A DNA stretch of 31,121 bases. Origin: a virus. The position numbers were made by a program, and so were the translations under genes. Below, in pieces: positions 15,883-24,214 of the stretch (position 1 is its first letter; each line of letters starts with the position of its first letter). The notes beneath the pieces were generated by a model. It searched no databases. It saw only the letters and a program-made list of their open reading frames with translations, and was not told the DNA's origin. Location of the stretch: IMG/VR virus record IMGVR_UViG_3300036852_000353, positions 80,435 to 111,555 of that record, one strand, 5' to 3'.

Positions 15883-16056
15883 TCATTCCTCCAGACGGCT
15901 GCGGTCGTGCTCGATGTTGTGCTCCGGCGCCAGCGCACCAGTCAGGCTGATGCCACGGAGGCCAGCCATCGCGTAGGCGTACTCGGCTTCCTCACCGCAG
16001 CCTGCGTCGTCGGGCTCGTCGGGGTGGATGGGGCAGGGATCAAGGTCCGTGGTCAT
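15883..16056 (-). CDS. Hypothetical protein (57 aa, below ORF-track cutoff)
   Basis: MTTDLDPCPIHPDEPDDAGC...; fills the gap; ATGA overlap. Confidence 0.65.
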   Translation of the reverse strand: MTTDLDPCPIHPDEPDDAGCGEEAEYAYAMAGLRGISLTGALAPEHNIEHDRSRLEE

Positions 16057-16292
16057 GACTGTTGGTACCTTTCGTTGAACAGGTGGCGAGCGAACCGGCT
16101 CAGCTCGAACTCGACTTGGTGATGCACTCGCTCCGTGGCGATGTGCGTCGACAGGTCGGCCTCAACAGGGAGCACGCTCACCACTCCCTTGATCATCTTC
16201 AAGGCGTTGATGATGTGCTCGGCGTCGTCGTCACGGATGTCGTCGGCCGGAGTGACGACGTATCCGGCGTGACGGGTGGTCACGATGATCAC
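16053..16292 (-). CDS. Hypothetical protein
   Basis: GTGA overlap. Confidence 0.75.
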   Translation of the reverse strand: MIIVTTRHAGYVVTPADDIRDDDAEHIINALKMIKGVVSVLPVEADLSTHIATERVHHQVEFELSRFARHLFNERYQQS

Positions 16293-16549
16293 CTCGGATC
16301 GTGGGTCGGTTCGGCGGGAACGTGGCGGGCGTTGTGCAGCAACGCTTGGCGGGCGCGCTCATTGAGGCGCTCTTGCCCTGCGGCCTCCCGGGCGTCGTGC
16401 TCCTGGTCGATGTCAGCGAACAGGTCGGCGTCATCAAGGGTGTTGATGGCCTTCGCGATGGCGGCGTACACGCCGATGGCGCCGTCCCTGGCGATCTGCC
16501 GCAAGGCGTTGAGGGCGTTGATCTGCTCGTCGATGGTGGGCTTGGACAT
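16289..16549 (-). CDS. Hypothetical protein
   Basis: AAGGAG RBS. Confidence 0.8.
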   Translation of the reverse strand: MSKPTIDEQINALNALRQIARDGAIGVYAAIAKAINTLDDADLFADIDQEHDAREAAGQERLNERARQALLHNARHVPAEPTHDPR

Positions 16550-16567
16550 CAGTTCTCCTTTTCTCTT

Positions 16568-16852
16568 TCAGATACGGCGACGGCGACGTTCTAGAACAAC
16601 CGACCCCTTCGGGACGACATGCGCCCGTGGATCACCGTCCTTCATGTCGATGTAGTCCACCGTCGGACCGGCGCCCCGGCGCGTCTCGCGTTTGCTCCAC
16701 GGCAGTTCCGGGAACGCCTCACGGGCCCGCTTCAGGCGACGCTTGATCGTTCCCACGCTCGTGCCGAACTCATCGGCCAGGGCGAGGAGCGATGCACCGG
16801 CCAGCCAGCGCAGAGCAACATCCTTGGGCGTCAGGTCAGGGCGCTGGGCCAT
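16568..16852 (-). CDS. Helix-turn-helix DNA-binding protein
   Basis: WLAGASLLALADEFGTSVGTIKRRL HTH pattern; GAGGAGG RBS. Confidence 0.8.
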   Translation of the reverse strand: MAQRPDLTPKDVALRWLAGASLLALADEFGTSVGTIKRRLKRAREAFPELPWSKRETRRGAGPTVDYIDMKDGDPRAHVVPKGSVVLERRRRRI

Positions 16853-16869
16853 GTCAGTCCTCCTCTCGA

Positions 16870-16885
16870 TGTTTCACGTGGAACG
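16870..16885. repeat. parS: parS site
   Basis: TGTTTCACGTGGAACG directly after the stop at 16886. Confidence 0.88.
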
Positions 16886-17092
16886 TCAGTCGTCGTAGTG
16901 CATCCGGATGCGCTCGCCGGGGTCGAACTCGGAGACCGTGCCGTTGCCCCACTGAATGAGGATCCGGCCGCGGTCGTTGGTGACCGGCTCGCCCGCCTGC
17001 CAGGTCAGGCGCCCAAACGCGCACCAGTCGCCCATCTTGATATCCCTGGCTGCCTTGGTCTCGGGCCGGGTGGTGTCGGTGGTGTTGTTCAT
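16886..17092 (-). CDS. Hypothetical protein
   Basis: CGACAGGAA RBS before ATG 17092. Confidence 0.7.
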   Translation of the reverse strand: MNNTTDTTRPETKAARDIKMGDWCAFGRLTWQAGEPVTNDRGRILIQWGNGTVSEFDPGERIRMHYDD

Positions 17093-17116
17093 GACTATTC
17101 CTGTCGGTGAATGCAA

Positions 17117-17156
17117 GGACGCGACCGCGCATCCTGCGTGATGCACGGCCGCGTCC
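17117..17156 (-). terminator. 17-bp stem-loop
   Basis: GGACGCGGCCGTGCATC-N6-GATGCGCGGTCGCGTCC with two G-U pairs on the minus strand. Confidence 0.6.
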
Positions 17157-17173
17157 GGTCCTATCGTGTCAGC

Positions 17174-17395
17174 TCACATCGCCTGCTGGCACGCCTGGTT
17201 GAAGACGAAACGGACCAGGGCACGTGCCTGCATGACGGCGTCAGACAGGCTGCGGGCCTCGGCGCCATCGTCGAAACGGAAATGCATGCCGTCCTGGTGA
17301 ACGATGAGTGCGCGGCCGTCGGTGAGGTCGGCATAGACCTCCTCGTAGGCTTCCAGCTTGGCGCCAAGATGTTCGATGTCGATGATCGTGTTCAT
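17174..17395 (-). CDS. Hypothetical protein
   Basis: GAAGGA RBS before ATG 17395. Confidence 0.7.
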   Translation of the reverse strand: MNTIIDIEHLGAKLEAYEEVYADLTDGRALIVHQDGMHFRFDDGAEARSLSDAVMQARALVRFVFNQACQQAM

Positions 17396-17459
17396 GATGT
17401 CCTTCGAGTTGACGGAGCAGGCCCATTCTTTCAGGTCCCACTGACAGCGTGGGCATCTT

Positions 17460-17750
17460 TCAAGCGGGCACCCTCCCGCTGCCGCAGCAGTGACCACATT
17501 CCTTCGTGGGGAGGTCGGTGACGTGCTTCCACGTCCGGCGGCGGATGATCTCGCGGCATGTGCTGGGGCAAATGCCGTACATGCTGGCCAGAGCGAGCAT
17601 GCTGATATTGCCCTCGGCGTACCACTGCCTCAGCTCACGCACCTTCGCCTCCGTCATCTTCGCGAGGGGGTGACGCTCGCCGGGCGGGGCGCCCTTGCGC
17701 AGCCCCCTGGTCCTGCCAGGCGGGTACGCCTCAGTCGTCGAAGTGTCCAT
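17460..17750 (-). CDS. Stand-alone HTH domain of the type found C-terminal to phage HNH endonucleases
   Basis: GERHPLAKMTEAKVRELR..LASMYGICPSTCREIIRRRTWKHV. Confidence 0.75.
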   Translation of the reverse strand: MDTSTTEAYPPGRTRGLRKGAPPGERHPLAKMTEAKVRELRQWYAEGNISMLALASMYGICPSTCREIIRRRTWKHVTDLPTKECGHCCGSGRVPA

Positions 17751-17783
17751 GCTTCTTCCTTGTCGTGCAGCAGGTAACCGGCG

Positions 17784-17969
17784 TCAGCGCTGAAGCATGT
17801 GATGGAACCAGTCCTCGGCGGCCATGCCGTCGATGCACCAGCCGTACGGGCCCGCGGTGATGTCGCCGGGCTCCACCTTGAGACCCTCACGGGCGGCGAT
17901 CTCCTGGATGTCCCGCCGGGTCCACTCGGAGGGCGGCTTGTCGCTCCACCGGGAGGTGTCAGACATCAT
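17784..17969 (-). CDS. Hypothetical protein
   Basis: AAGGGGG RBS. Confidence 0.7.
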   Translation of the reverse strand: MMSDTSRWSDKPPSEWTRRDIQEIAAREGLKVEPGDITAGPYGWCIDGMAAEDWFHHMLQR

Positions 17970-18255
17970 CGCCCCCCTTGCTTTCGAGTGGCTCCCCGAA
18001 CGTCATGACAATGCCGCCTGCGTAGATCTGCTGTGTGATGCGGGTGTGGGCCACGCGGGCCTGATACCTGGGGCGGCTGTCCGTATGGACCTTGCCGTCA
18101 TACAGGTCGCGGGCCACGGCAAACGCCTCGTCGAAGTCGTGGGTCTCGTTGTGCATACGGCCCACCGGCCCCTTGAACACCTGTCCGGTGAACTCCCACC
18201 AGGTGTCATCGCCCAGCTTCTGGTACTGAACGCTGTAAGTGGTCTCGATCTCCAT
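17959..18255 (-). CDS. Hypothetical protein
   Basis: GAAAGGA RBS before ATG 18255. Confidence 0.75.
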   Translation of the reverse strand: MEIETTYSVQYQKLGDDTWWEFTGQVFKGPVGRMHNETHDFDEAFAVARDLYDGKVHTDSRPRYQARVAHTRITQQIYAGGIVMTFGEPLESKGGDDV

Positions 18256-18322
18256 CGTGGTGTCCTTTCGTAGATCCAGAGGGGCCGCCGTGCGCGACGG
18301 GGGCCCGTGCCAGGACCGGCGA

Positions 18323-18338
18323 TGTTTCACGTGGAACA
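18323..18338. repeat. parS: parS site
   Basis: Exact 16-mer just after the stop at 18340. Confidence 0.9.
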
Positions 18339-18339
18339 T

Positions 18340-18783
18340 TCAGGTCGTGCGAGTGAGGAACGCGTACTGCCCGCTCCCCGGCCTGGCGAAGACGTACACC
18401 GCGCCGTTGGCCTCGACCATCAGCTCGTCCTCGCCAACCATGCCGTCCCACACAGGGGCGTCATCCTTGAACCACTCGACCTCGGTGCCCGGGTAGTTCT
18501 CCTTGATGTACTGCTCCTTGAGCATGTCAAGGTCTGCGTAGGCGCACATGAACGCCCTCGCCAGATCAATGAACGCGTCCGGCTCCCAGCTTCTCCATGC
18601 CACGGAAGCGGCCTCGATGGCTGCCGCCACCACACCTTCATTCCCGTCGACCTGCTCGACATCCATGTACACCTTGAGTATGGCCGCTTCGAGGTCGTAC
18701 TCCGGTTCGTGCTCTGTCCACCCGCCGCCCGAGACGTTCCGGAACGCCTGACGCCAGTGGTCGGCGGTGTAGTCGTCGGTCAT
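18340..18783 (-). CDS. Acidic hypothetical protein, paralog of 13140-13619 (possibly ArdA-like)
   Basis: GAGAGGA RBS before ATG 18783; shared motifs with 13140-13619. Confidence 0.78.
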   Translation of the reverse strand: MTDDYTADHWRQAFRNVSGGGWTEHEPEYDLEAAILKVYMDVEQVDGNEGVVAAAIEAASVAWRSWEPDAFIDLARAFMCAYADLDMLKEQYIKENYPGTEVEWFKDDAPVWDGMVGEDELMVEANGAVYVFARPGSGQYAFLTRTT

Positions 18784-18801
18784 GGTCGTATCCTCTCTCG
18801 A

Positions 18802-18817
18802 TGTTTCATGCGGGATG
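18802..18817. repeat. Degenerate parS site
   Basis: TGTTTCATGCGGGATG, 11/16 match; same orientation, junction position and CTCTCGA flank as the site at 16870. Confidence 0.55.
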
Positions 18818-18818
18818 C

Positions 18819-19250
18819 TCAGGCCCGGTACAGACCCAGGCACCAGTCGTTGACCGCCTCGGCATACACCCTGACAGGCCAGGATACGGCTGCGTCCTGG
18901 GTGACGTGCCAGGGCCAGCTCTTCAGACCCGTCAGGGCGATGGCCCATCCGTCGCAGTGAAAGCCGGGTTCGTACAACTTCATCTCGTCCGACCATCCGG
19001 AACCGGCCCGCAGGGCAACCCAGTCCTTGGCGATCTTCAGACAGGCCTCGGCCTGCTCGCGGGTCAGCTGCGGGGTCTCGTCCTCGCTCACAGGAGTTCC
19101 TTCCTGATCTTCTAGTTCCTCGCGGACGGCGTCCATGGCCGCCTCCAGCCCGTCGTCCCAGCCGGAACGGTAGTGATCCGAGCCGTCGGGCGGCGGGCTC
19201 TTGAGGGCAAAGATGGCGCGGGTGAGGCGCTTGATCAGCTCCTCGTTCAC
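18819..19250 (-). CDS. Hypothetical protein (possibly two fused modules)
   Basis: GGAGG RBS; GTGA overlap; internal AGGAAGGAA before VSEDET. Confidence 0.7.
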   Translation of the reverse strand: MNEELIKRLTRAIFALKSPPPDGSDHYRSGWDDGLEAAMDAVREELEDQEGTPVSEDETPQLTREQAEACLKIAKDWVALRAGSGWSDEMKLYEPGFHCDGWAIALTGLKSWPWHVTQDAAVSWPVRVYAEAVNDWCLGLYRA

Positions 19251-19684
19251 GTCGCACTGCCCTCCGCTTCCTCAACGGTGACCAGGCCGTACTCCTTGGC
19301 CTGCTTGTCGGTCAGGGACGCCTGCCAGAAGTAGCCGCAGCGCCATGCCGGGCCGTGCGGGTCGGAGGGGTCACATCCGGCGCCGTTGTTGTAGCCAGTG
19401 GAGACCACACGGCACACCCAGCGGCGTGTGAACAGGTCCCGCATCGTGGCGGCGGGGTTCTCGAACGGCATGTCGTCGTAGTCGCCGTCCAGGTGACGCA
19501 ACACGTGCTTGATGGCGTTGCCGTTGGGGCTGTCAATCGCGTCCAGGTAGGCCGTGGCCTTCGCGATGCGGTCCTCCAGCAGCACCGCGCGGGGTGCCAC
19601 CTTGGCCTTGATGGTGGTGATCAGCTCCTCGGCCAGCTTCGCGGCGAGGGCCTTCTCGTATTCGGTGCTGATGATGGCGGTCAT
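19247..19684 (-). CDS. Hypothetical protein
   Basis: CGACAAGGAGG RBS. Confidence 0.8.
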   Translation of the reverse strand: MTAIISTEYEKALAAKLAEELITTIKAKVAPRAVLLEDRIAKATAYLDAIDSPNGNAIKHVLRHLDGDYDDMPFENPAATMRDLFTRRWVCRVVSTGYNNGAGCDPSDPHGPAWRCGYFWQASLTDKQAKEYGLVTVEEAEGSAT

Positions 19685-19980
19685 GATCGCTCCTCCTTGT
19701 CGCTGCCATACATGTGGTCATAGGTGGCGCGGGCCGTAAAGCCGTCCTGCCACATCGCCGTCATGAGCTGCTGGACCTTTTGCGCCTGCTCCGGGGTCAG
19801 GACCTTGCGCAGGGGCCCGAAACTCTTGAACATCAGCTCCGCCCGGTAACCGGCGACTCCCAGAAGAGCCGTGCGATCAACGCCCGCGACGTTGCCTGCC
19901 GCGTCGGGATGAGCCCCCTGAGCCTGGTCGTACTCCCAGAGAGCAGCATGCAGTTTGAGCATGTCTGTACGAGTAGTCAT
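19681..19980 (-). CDS. Hypothetical protein
   Basis: GGGAG RBS; ATGA overlap. Confidence 0.75.
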   Translation of the reverse strand: MTTRTDMLKLHAALWEYDQAQGAHPDAAGNVAGVDRTALLGVAGYRAELMFKSFGPLRKVLTPEQAQKVQQLMTAMWQDGFTARATYDHMYGSDKEERS

Positions 19981-20240
19981 CGCTTCTCCCATTCCGTGGC
20001 GGGGTGGCCCACCAGATAGAGGTGCGAGCCGTCGAACCTGAACCGCCGCTCGTACACGCGATCATCCGGGGCGGCTTTCCCCTCCGCCTCGCTGTAGCTG
20101 ACAGCCTCGATGGCCACCACGGGGTAGCCGGTCGCCCCGTGCACGTTGCCGGTGCGGATCTCCACGTAGCCGATGCCGTCGGGCAGCAGCACACGCAGGG
20201 TCTTGTCCGTCATGGGCAGGGTGGGGATCTGATCAGTCAC
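19977..20240 (-). CDS. Hypothetical protein
   Basis: Overlaps both neighbours. Confidence 0.7.
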   Translation of the reverse strand: MTDQIPTLPMTDKTLRVLLPDGIGYVEIRTGNVHGATGYPVVAIEAVSYSEAEGKAAPDDRVYERRFRFDGSHLYLVGHPATEWEKR

Positions 20241-21114
20241 GGAGACCCATGCTCCTTTCGATCATGTCGCCTTCTTCGTCCTCGGCGGCCAGGCACAGTT
20301 CGCACTGGTTCTCACCGGAGCCGCACTCGTCGCCAGTCTGGCCGCTGGGGCAGCGCTCCACCTGAGATGCGGCGATGATGGTCATGCTGTCGGCACGCTT
20401 CCAGACCGGCTGGACACCAGGCCGGAGGAATTGCACATCGAGCCAGAGACCGCCCTCCCCTTCGTCGTGCTTGACGGCGCGGATGTAGCCCTGCTCGCCG
20501 TGCCGGTTCTCCACGTACACCCGGGGGCCGGTCGGCTCGCGCTTCACCGGCTTCGGCGGGGGCGGGCACTCGGGCCCGTCGGGGTGGACCTCGACCCGGT
20601 TGTCGGCGAAGGCAAAGGACTCGTAGTCCGAGTAGGAGCCCGGCTGCCATTCCCGCTGCCACCGGTACTTGGTCCGGTCTGCGGCGTAGCCAGAGATGCG
20701 GCCAGCGGACGGGTTCATGCGCTCCGGCTTGCGCGTCTCCTCGTTGTAGACCAAGTCGGAGACCAGGACGCGTGTGCCGACCGGCAACAGCTCGTGCTTC
20801 GGCTCCGGCGGCGGGTCGGCGTAGGCGCAGTCCTCGGTGTGCCGCTCGGCGCAGGCGGGTCGGCGGGCCTCCTTGGACCTGCACTCCTTGAGCGGCGGGC
20901 GGGGGAACACCTCACGCCAGGCGTCCAGCTCATGGAGCCTGCCGTCCGTCGCGGCGTCCACCTGCATCACCACGGCGGCAGTGTGCGCATACGAGGCGGA
21001 GACCAGCGCCGACAACATCGTTGCGATCTTGTCGCACCCCTCCGATTCAAGGGCCGTGAACACCTCCTTCACCGACTCTTCGAAGTGCTCCGGGCCGGTC
21101 TTTGCGCTACTCAT
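20233..21114 (-). CDS. Hypothetical multi-domain protein (293 aa) with Cys clusters and Pro linkers
   Basis: GAGGAG RBS; ATGA overlap. Confidence 0.85.
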   Translation of the reverse strand: MSSAKTGPEHFEESVKEVFTALESEGCDKIATMLSALVSASYAHTAAVVMQVDAATDGRLHELDAWREVFPRPPLKECRSKEARRPACAERHTEDCAYADPPPEPKHELLPVGTRVLVSDLVYNEETRKPERMNPSAGRISGYAADRTKYRWQREWQPGSYSDYESFAFADNRVEVHPDGPECPPPPKPVKREPTGPRVYVENRHGEQGYIRAVKHDEGEGGLWLDVQFLRPGVQPVWKRADSMTIIAASQVERCPSGQTGDECGSGENQCELCLAAEDEEGDMIERSMGLRD

Positions 21115-21443
21115 GATGTCTCCTCGGGGCGGCGGTCGCCCAGGTAGATGCGGCCGTTGTCATAGGTGATCAACGAGGCGTCGGGGGCGCGCATCACATA
21201 CAGGAACTCACCACCCGACCAGGCGGTACGCCACCCGGCTTTGCGCAGGTGATCCCAGACAGTCGCGGTCCCCTTGTTGCCGTCCTCGTCCTCCTGCCCG
21301 GCGAAGAAGGCATCCGGCGCGCCGGGCATGGCGGCGAAGGGGTTGTGGTCAGGGGCGAGGATGTCGATCACATCACCCGCGGTCGTCGCATACAGCAGAT
21401 CGCGCAGCTGCTCGCTGATGGTGCCCCAGAACGTGTCGGCCAT
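21111..21443 (-). CDS. Hypothetical protein
   Basis: AAGGAG RBS before ATG 21443. Confidence 0.75.
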   Translation of the reverse strand: MADTFWGTISEQLRDLLYATTAGDVIDILAPDHNPFAAMPGAPDAFFAGQEDEDGNKGTATVWDHLRKAGWRTAWSGGEFLYVMRAPDASLITYDNGRIYLGDRRPEETS

Positions 21444-21445
21444 GG

Positions 21446-21640
21446 TCAGGGCTCCTTGGTCATCAGGACCGAACACCCCATGCAGGTGCGGTAACCGTGG
21501 TGAGCGATCAGGTCGCGCGCGCTGTCATGGTCACCGGCCGTACAGACCTCGCCACCGCAGAAGGCGGCACCATCCCCACGGGTGCGGTGAATCTGCATGT
21601 CGTTGCCCTGGCCGTAGCCGGGCTCGGGGGAATGCTGCAT
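21446..21640 (-). CDS. Small Cys-containing protein
   Basis: GAGGAG RBS; FCGGEVC..TCMGC. Confidence 0.7.
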   Translation of the reverse strand: MQHSPEPGYGQGNDMQIHRTRGDGAAFCGGEVCTAGDHDSARDLIAHHGYRTCMGCSVLMTKEP

Positions 21641-21642
21641 GG

Positions 21643-21873
21643 TCAGATCTCCTCAATGCGGAAGCGGTAGCCCGATCCCTCATGCAAAACGTCCGCATTC
21701 AGGGGGTGCCGGGACAGCTCCAGTGCGAACCGGCGGGCATCGGCGGGCTTGACCATCGCGTTGTCGATGAGCACATACGCGGCGGCGAAGATCAGACCGC
21801 GCATGCTGGTGAACGGTGTCTCGTGTCGCCGGGCAGTGCCATCGGGAAGGGTGCGGTGGAGGATGTAGGGCAT
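21643..21873 (-). CDS. Hypothetical protein, member of local 'F..L...PLG..H..G..FR' family
   Basis: GAGGAG RBS; ARRFALELSRHPLNADVLHEGSGYRFRI. Confidence 0.75.
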   Translation of the reverse strand: MPYILHRTLPDGTARRHETPFTSMRGLIFAAAYVLIDNAMVKPADARRFALELSRHPLNADVLHEGSGYRFRIEEI

Positions 21874-22274
21874 CAGGGCTCCTCGGTGGTGTAAGACACG
21901 CCCCGCCGGAACAGACGGGACGAGATGTGACGGCGCTCGGCAAAGCGTTCCATGGCCTGCTTGCCAGAGGTGAACACCTCTTCGGTGTTCATGAGTTGCA
22001 AGGGCGTCTCGCTGTCGCCCAGCCAGACGTTCACCATGTGATCGACCATCCACACGTCGGCGGTCCACGTACGGAAGAAGCGGCGGTAGGTCAGCTCGAA
22101 GAGGTGCACGTGGAGTTCGTACTCCCACCGGGGGCGGTCGCCCACGTAGTAGTGGGCGACCTGCTTGACCGACCTCACGTCCACCAGGTGGCGGCTGTCG
22201 GTCTCCAGGAAGCTCAACGACCGGGCGTCCCGGTCGGCCAGCCAGCGGCGGGCGTCACCACCAGGGGCGAACAT
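21873..22274 (-). CDS. Hypothetical protein
   Basis: GAGGAG RBS; TGATG coupling. Confidence 0.75.
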   Translation of the reverse strand: MFAPGGDARRWLADRDARSLSFLETDSRHLVDVRSVKQVAHYYVGDRPRWEYELHVHLFELTYRRFFRTWTADVWMVDHMVNVWLGDSETPLQLMNTEEVFTSGKQAMERFAERRHISSRLFRRGVSYTTEEP

Positions 22275-22693
22275 CAGGGCTCCTCGGTGTGGGCGGTGTT
22301 GGCGGGCAGGCAGGCGGTCATACTCCGGGACCAGGTGAAACAGCCCAGACAGAACGCGTCGTCCAGGTGGGCGTAGGCGTGATCGGTCGGCAGCACCAGG
22401 CGCCCGCAGCACGGGCACGGGTGCGGGGCCTGGTCGGCGGCGTCACGCCGCATGGCGATTCCCCACCCCTTGTGCTCGTACGTCTGACCGAGCGGCGTTC
22501 TGCTCAAGTCCTCGACGAAATGCGACAGGACCAGGTCACTGGGCGGGTACTCCTGATCCGAAGCCCACTCTCGCAGCACGTCGTACGCCTCGACGGCCAC
22601 GCGATACAGGGTGGGCAGCTCCGTGTACACCTCGGCCTTGCCGAAGGCGGCCGGTTCGATGGGCGGGTGGATGACGGACAGGACGTAGCTCAC
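22274..22693 (-). CDS. Hypothetical protein, local family member with C-terminal Zn-finger
   Basis: FVEDLSRTPLGQTYEHKGWG; CPCCG..FCLGC. Confidence 0.75.
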   Translation of the reverse strand: MSYVLSVIHPPIEPAAFGKAEVYTELPTLYRVAVEAYDVLREWASDQEYPPSDLVLSHFVEDLSRTPLGQTYEHKGWGIAMRRDAADQAPHPCPCCGRLVLPTDHAYAHLDDAFCLGCFTWSRSMTACLPANTAHTEEP

Positions 22694-22705
22694 AGGGTCT
22701 CCTCC

Positions 22706-22897
22706 TCAGTCGGTCGAGCGGCCATCGAGCTGCGACAGGTCGATGGTGCGGGACTCCACGCCCGGCATGGGGTGGTGGACCTCGAACACATCGTCGATGG
22801 AGTCCGGGTCGAGCTGACGGGCCCGCGCTGTGCGGGCGGCCTCTTCGTGGGTGTCGGCTTCCACCTGGATCTCCCAGACCACGGTGAACTCGGGCAT
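22706..22897 (-). CDS. Hypothetical protein
   Basis: AAGGAGG RBS; FTVVWEIQVEADTHEEAA. Confidence 0.75.
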   Translation of the reverse strand: MPEFTVVWEIQVEADTHEEAARTARARQLDPDSIDDVFEVHHPMPGVESRTIDLSQLDGRSTD

Positions 22898-22899
22898 GA

Positions 22900-23355
22900 T
22901 CAGACCTCCTTCGTGGCCAGGCGCTGGCCGTTGAGCTTCTTGCACGGGCGGATCCGGCCCTCCCGCAGGAAGTCGTACCAGCCGTCAAAGAACTCCCCGC
23001 CGGGGCCAAGGCTGTCCTGGCGCAGGAACTGACCGGCCTCGATCACACCCCACTGGCGGTCGTAGTAGTTGAACACCTTGAGGCCCGGCGTGATCGCGGC
23101 GCCGTCGGCGGTGAAGTCGGCGGCCAGGATGCGGAAGTCGTAGCCCGACGGGTGGCCCCAGATGGTGCCCAGCGGGCGGCGGGCCAGGGCATCGGCGAAC
23201 AGTCGGGCGTTCGCGCTGCCCGCGGCGCCATCCGCGATCAGAATGGTGCGGGCGGCGAGCGCGGTACGCCCGAACGTGACGAACGTGGTGGGGTGGGCCA
23301 GAATCGTGTTCACAGGGGTGCGGTACACGAGGAGATAGCGTTTCGGCGCAGGCAT
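22900..23355 (-). CDS. Hypothetical protein, local family member with extra C-terminal domain
   Basis: CGACAAGGAAG motif; ARLFADALARRPLGTIWGHPSGYDFRI. Confidence 0.8.
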   Translation of the reverse strand: MPAPKRYLLVYRTPVNTILAHPTTFVTFGRTALAARTILIADGAAGSANARLFADALARRPLGTIWGHPSGYDFRILAADFTADGAAITPGLKVFNYYDRQWGVIEAGQFLRQDSLGPGGEFFDGWYDFLREGRIRPCKKLNGQRLATKEV

Positions 23356-23382
23356 GTCGGTGCCTTCCTTGTCGTGGTGGGT

Positions 23383-23634
23383 TCAGGCGATCCCGATCCG
23401 GTCGGCCATGATCCCCAGCCGGTCGATCACGGCCTGACGGAACGGCTTCTCCGGGCATGCGTACTGGCGCGTGCTGCCGTCAGCGGTCGTCCCCTCGATG
23501 TGTCCCGCGTAGCCGTTCTCGGTCTCCCACACCGTGCCGATGCGGGTGCCGTCGGCGGACAGGCCCCAGGTGGGGTAATTCGGGTTGCCGCTCCGGTAGT
23601 TGATGGCGTGATCAGTCACTTCCAGCGTGGTCAT
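23383..23634 (-). CDS. Hypothetical protein
   Basis: GAGGAG RBS. Confidence 0.8.
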   Translation of the reverse strand: MTTLEVTDHAINYRSGNPNYPTWGLSADGTRIGTVWETENGYAGHIEGTTADGSTRQYACPEKPFRQAVIDRLGIMADRIGIA

Positions 23635-23741
23635 GGTGGTACTCCTCTTCGGGGGTCAGCGGCCGGTCGTGACGATGCGGCAGCGGCCAGCCAGACGACG
23701 GGGCGGCTCACCCCACGGATACGGGAGTCGGCGGCGGCGCA

Positions 23742-23912
23742 TCATCCGGGTGCCCACAGCCACCCGGTAACACAGATGACGGCCAGGACGGCAACGACGA
23801 TTGTGCTGTAGATCTGCACGTCGGTGGGCTCCGTCTTGCAGACCTTCATCCATGCCCACCGCACCAGGAGCAGGGGCGGGCTCACGACGGCCAGAAAAAC
23901 GACCATCCACAT
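23742..23912 (-). CDS. Small two-TM membrane protein
   Basis: GGGAG RBS; TGATG coupling; two hydrophobic segments. Confidence 0.7.
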   Translation of the reverse strand: MWMVVFLAVVSPPLLLVRWAWMKVCKTEPTDVQIYSTIVVAVLAVICVTGWLWAPG

Positions 23913-24214
23913 CAGTCGACGTCTCCCGACGCAATGTCGGTATTGCGGGCGTCGATCCACACCCCGGCTCGTTCGGCCAGCCACTCGCGGGTGACATCCT
24001 CGGGTCGCATGCCCTCAACGTTGAGGTCGATCAAGAACGGCCAGTCGTCTCGGCTGACCCGGTCCCCGACCGGGATCACGCGGTTCTCGTCCACGAACAT
24101 CTCGCGGATGTAGATGTAGCCGCTGCCCCAGTAGGCGAACTGCCAGATGGCGCCCCGACTGTCGGGGAGCGCAGCCGTGGCGGGGCTGGCCGGTGTGTAC
24201 GTGCTCATGATCAC
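23912..24214 (-). CDS. Hypothetical protein
   Basis: GGAG RBS; coupled. Confidence 0.75.
   Translation of the reverse strand: MIMSTYTPASPATAALPDSRGAIWQFAYWGSGYIYIREMFVDENRVIPVGDRVSRDDWPFLIDLNVEGMRPEDVTREWLAERAGVWIDARNTDIASGDVD

Noticed and set aside
6725-18339. ORF starts reading MFHVKH/MFHVEH as a shared N-terminal peptide
   Set aside because: Artefact of the ATG in the parS flank; better starts with RBS lie downstream.
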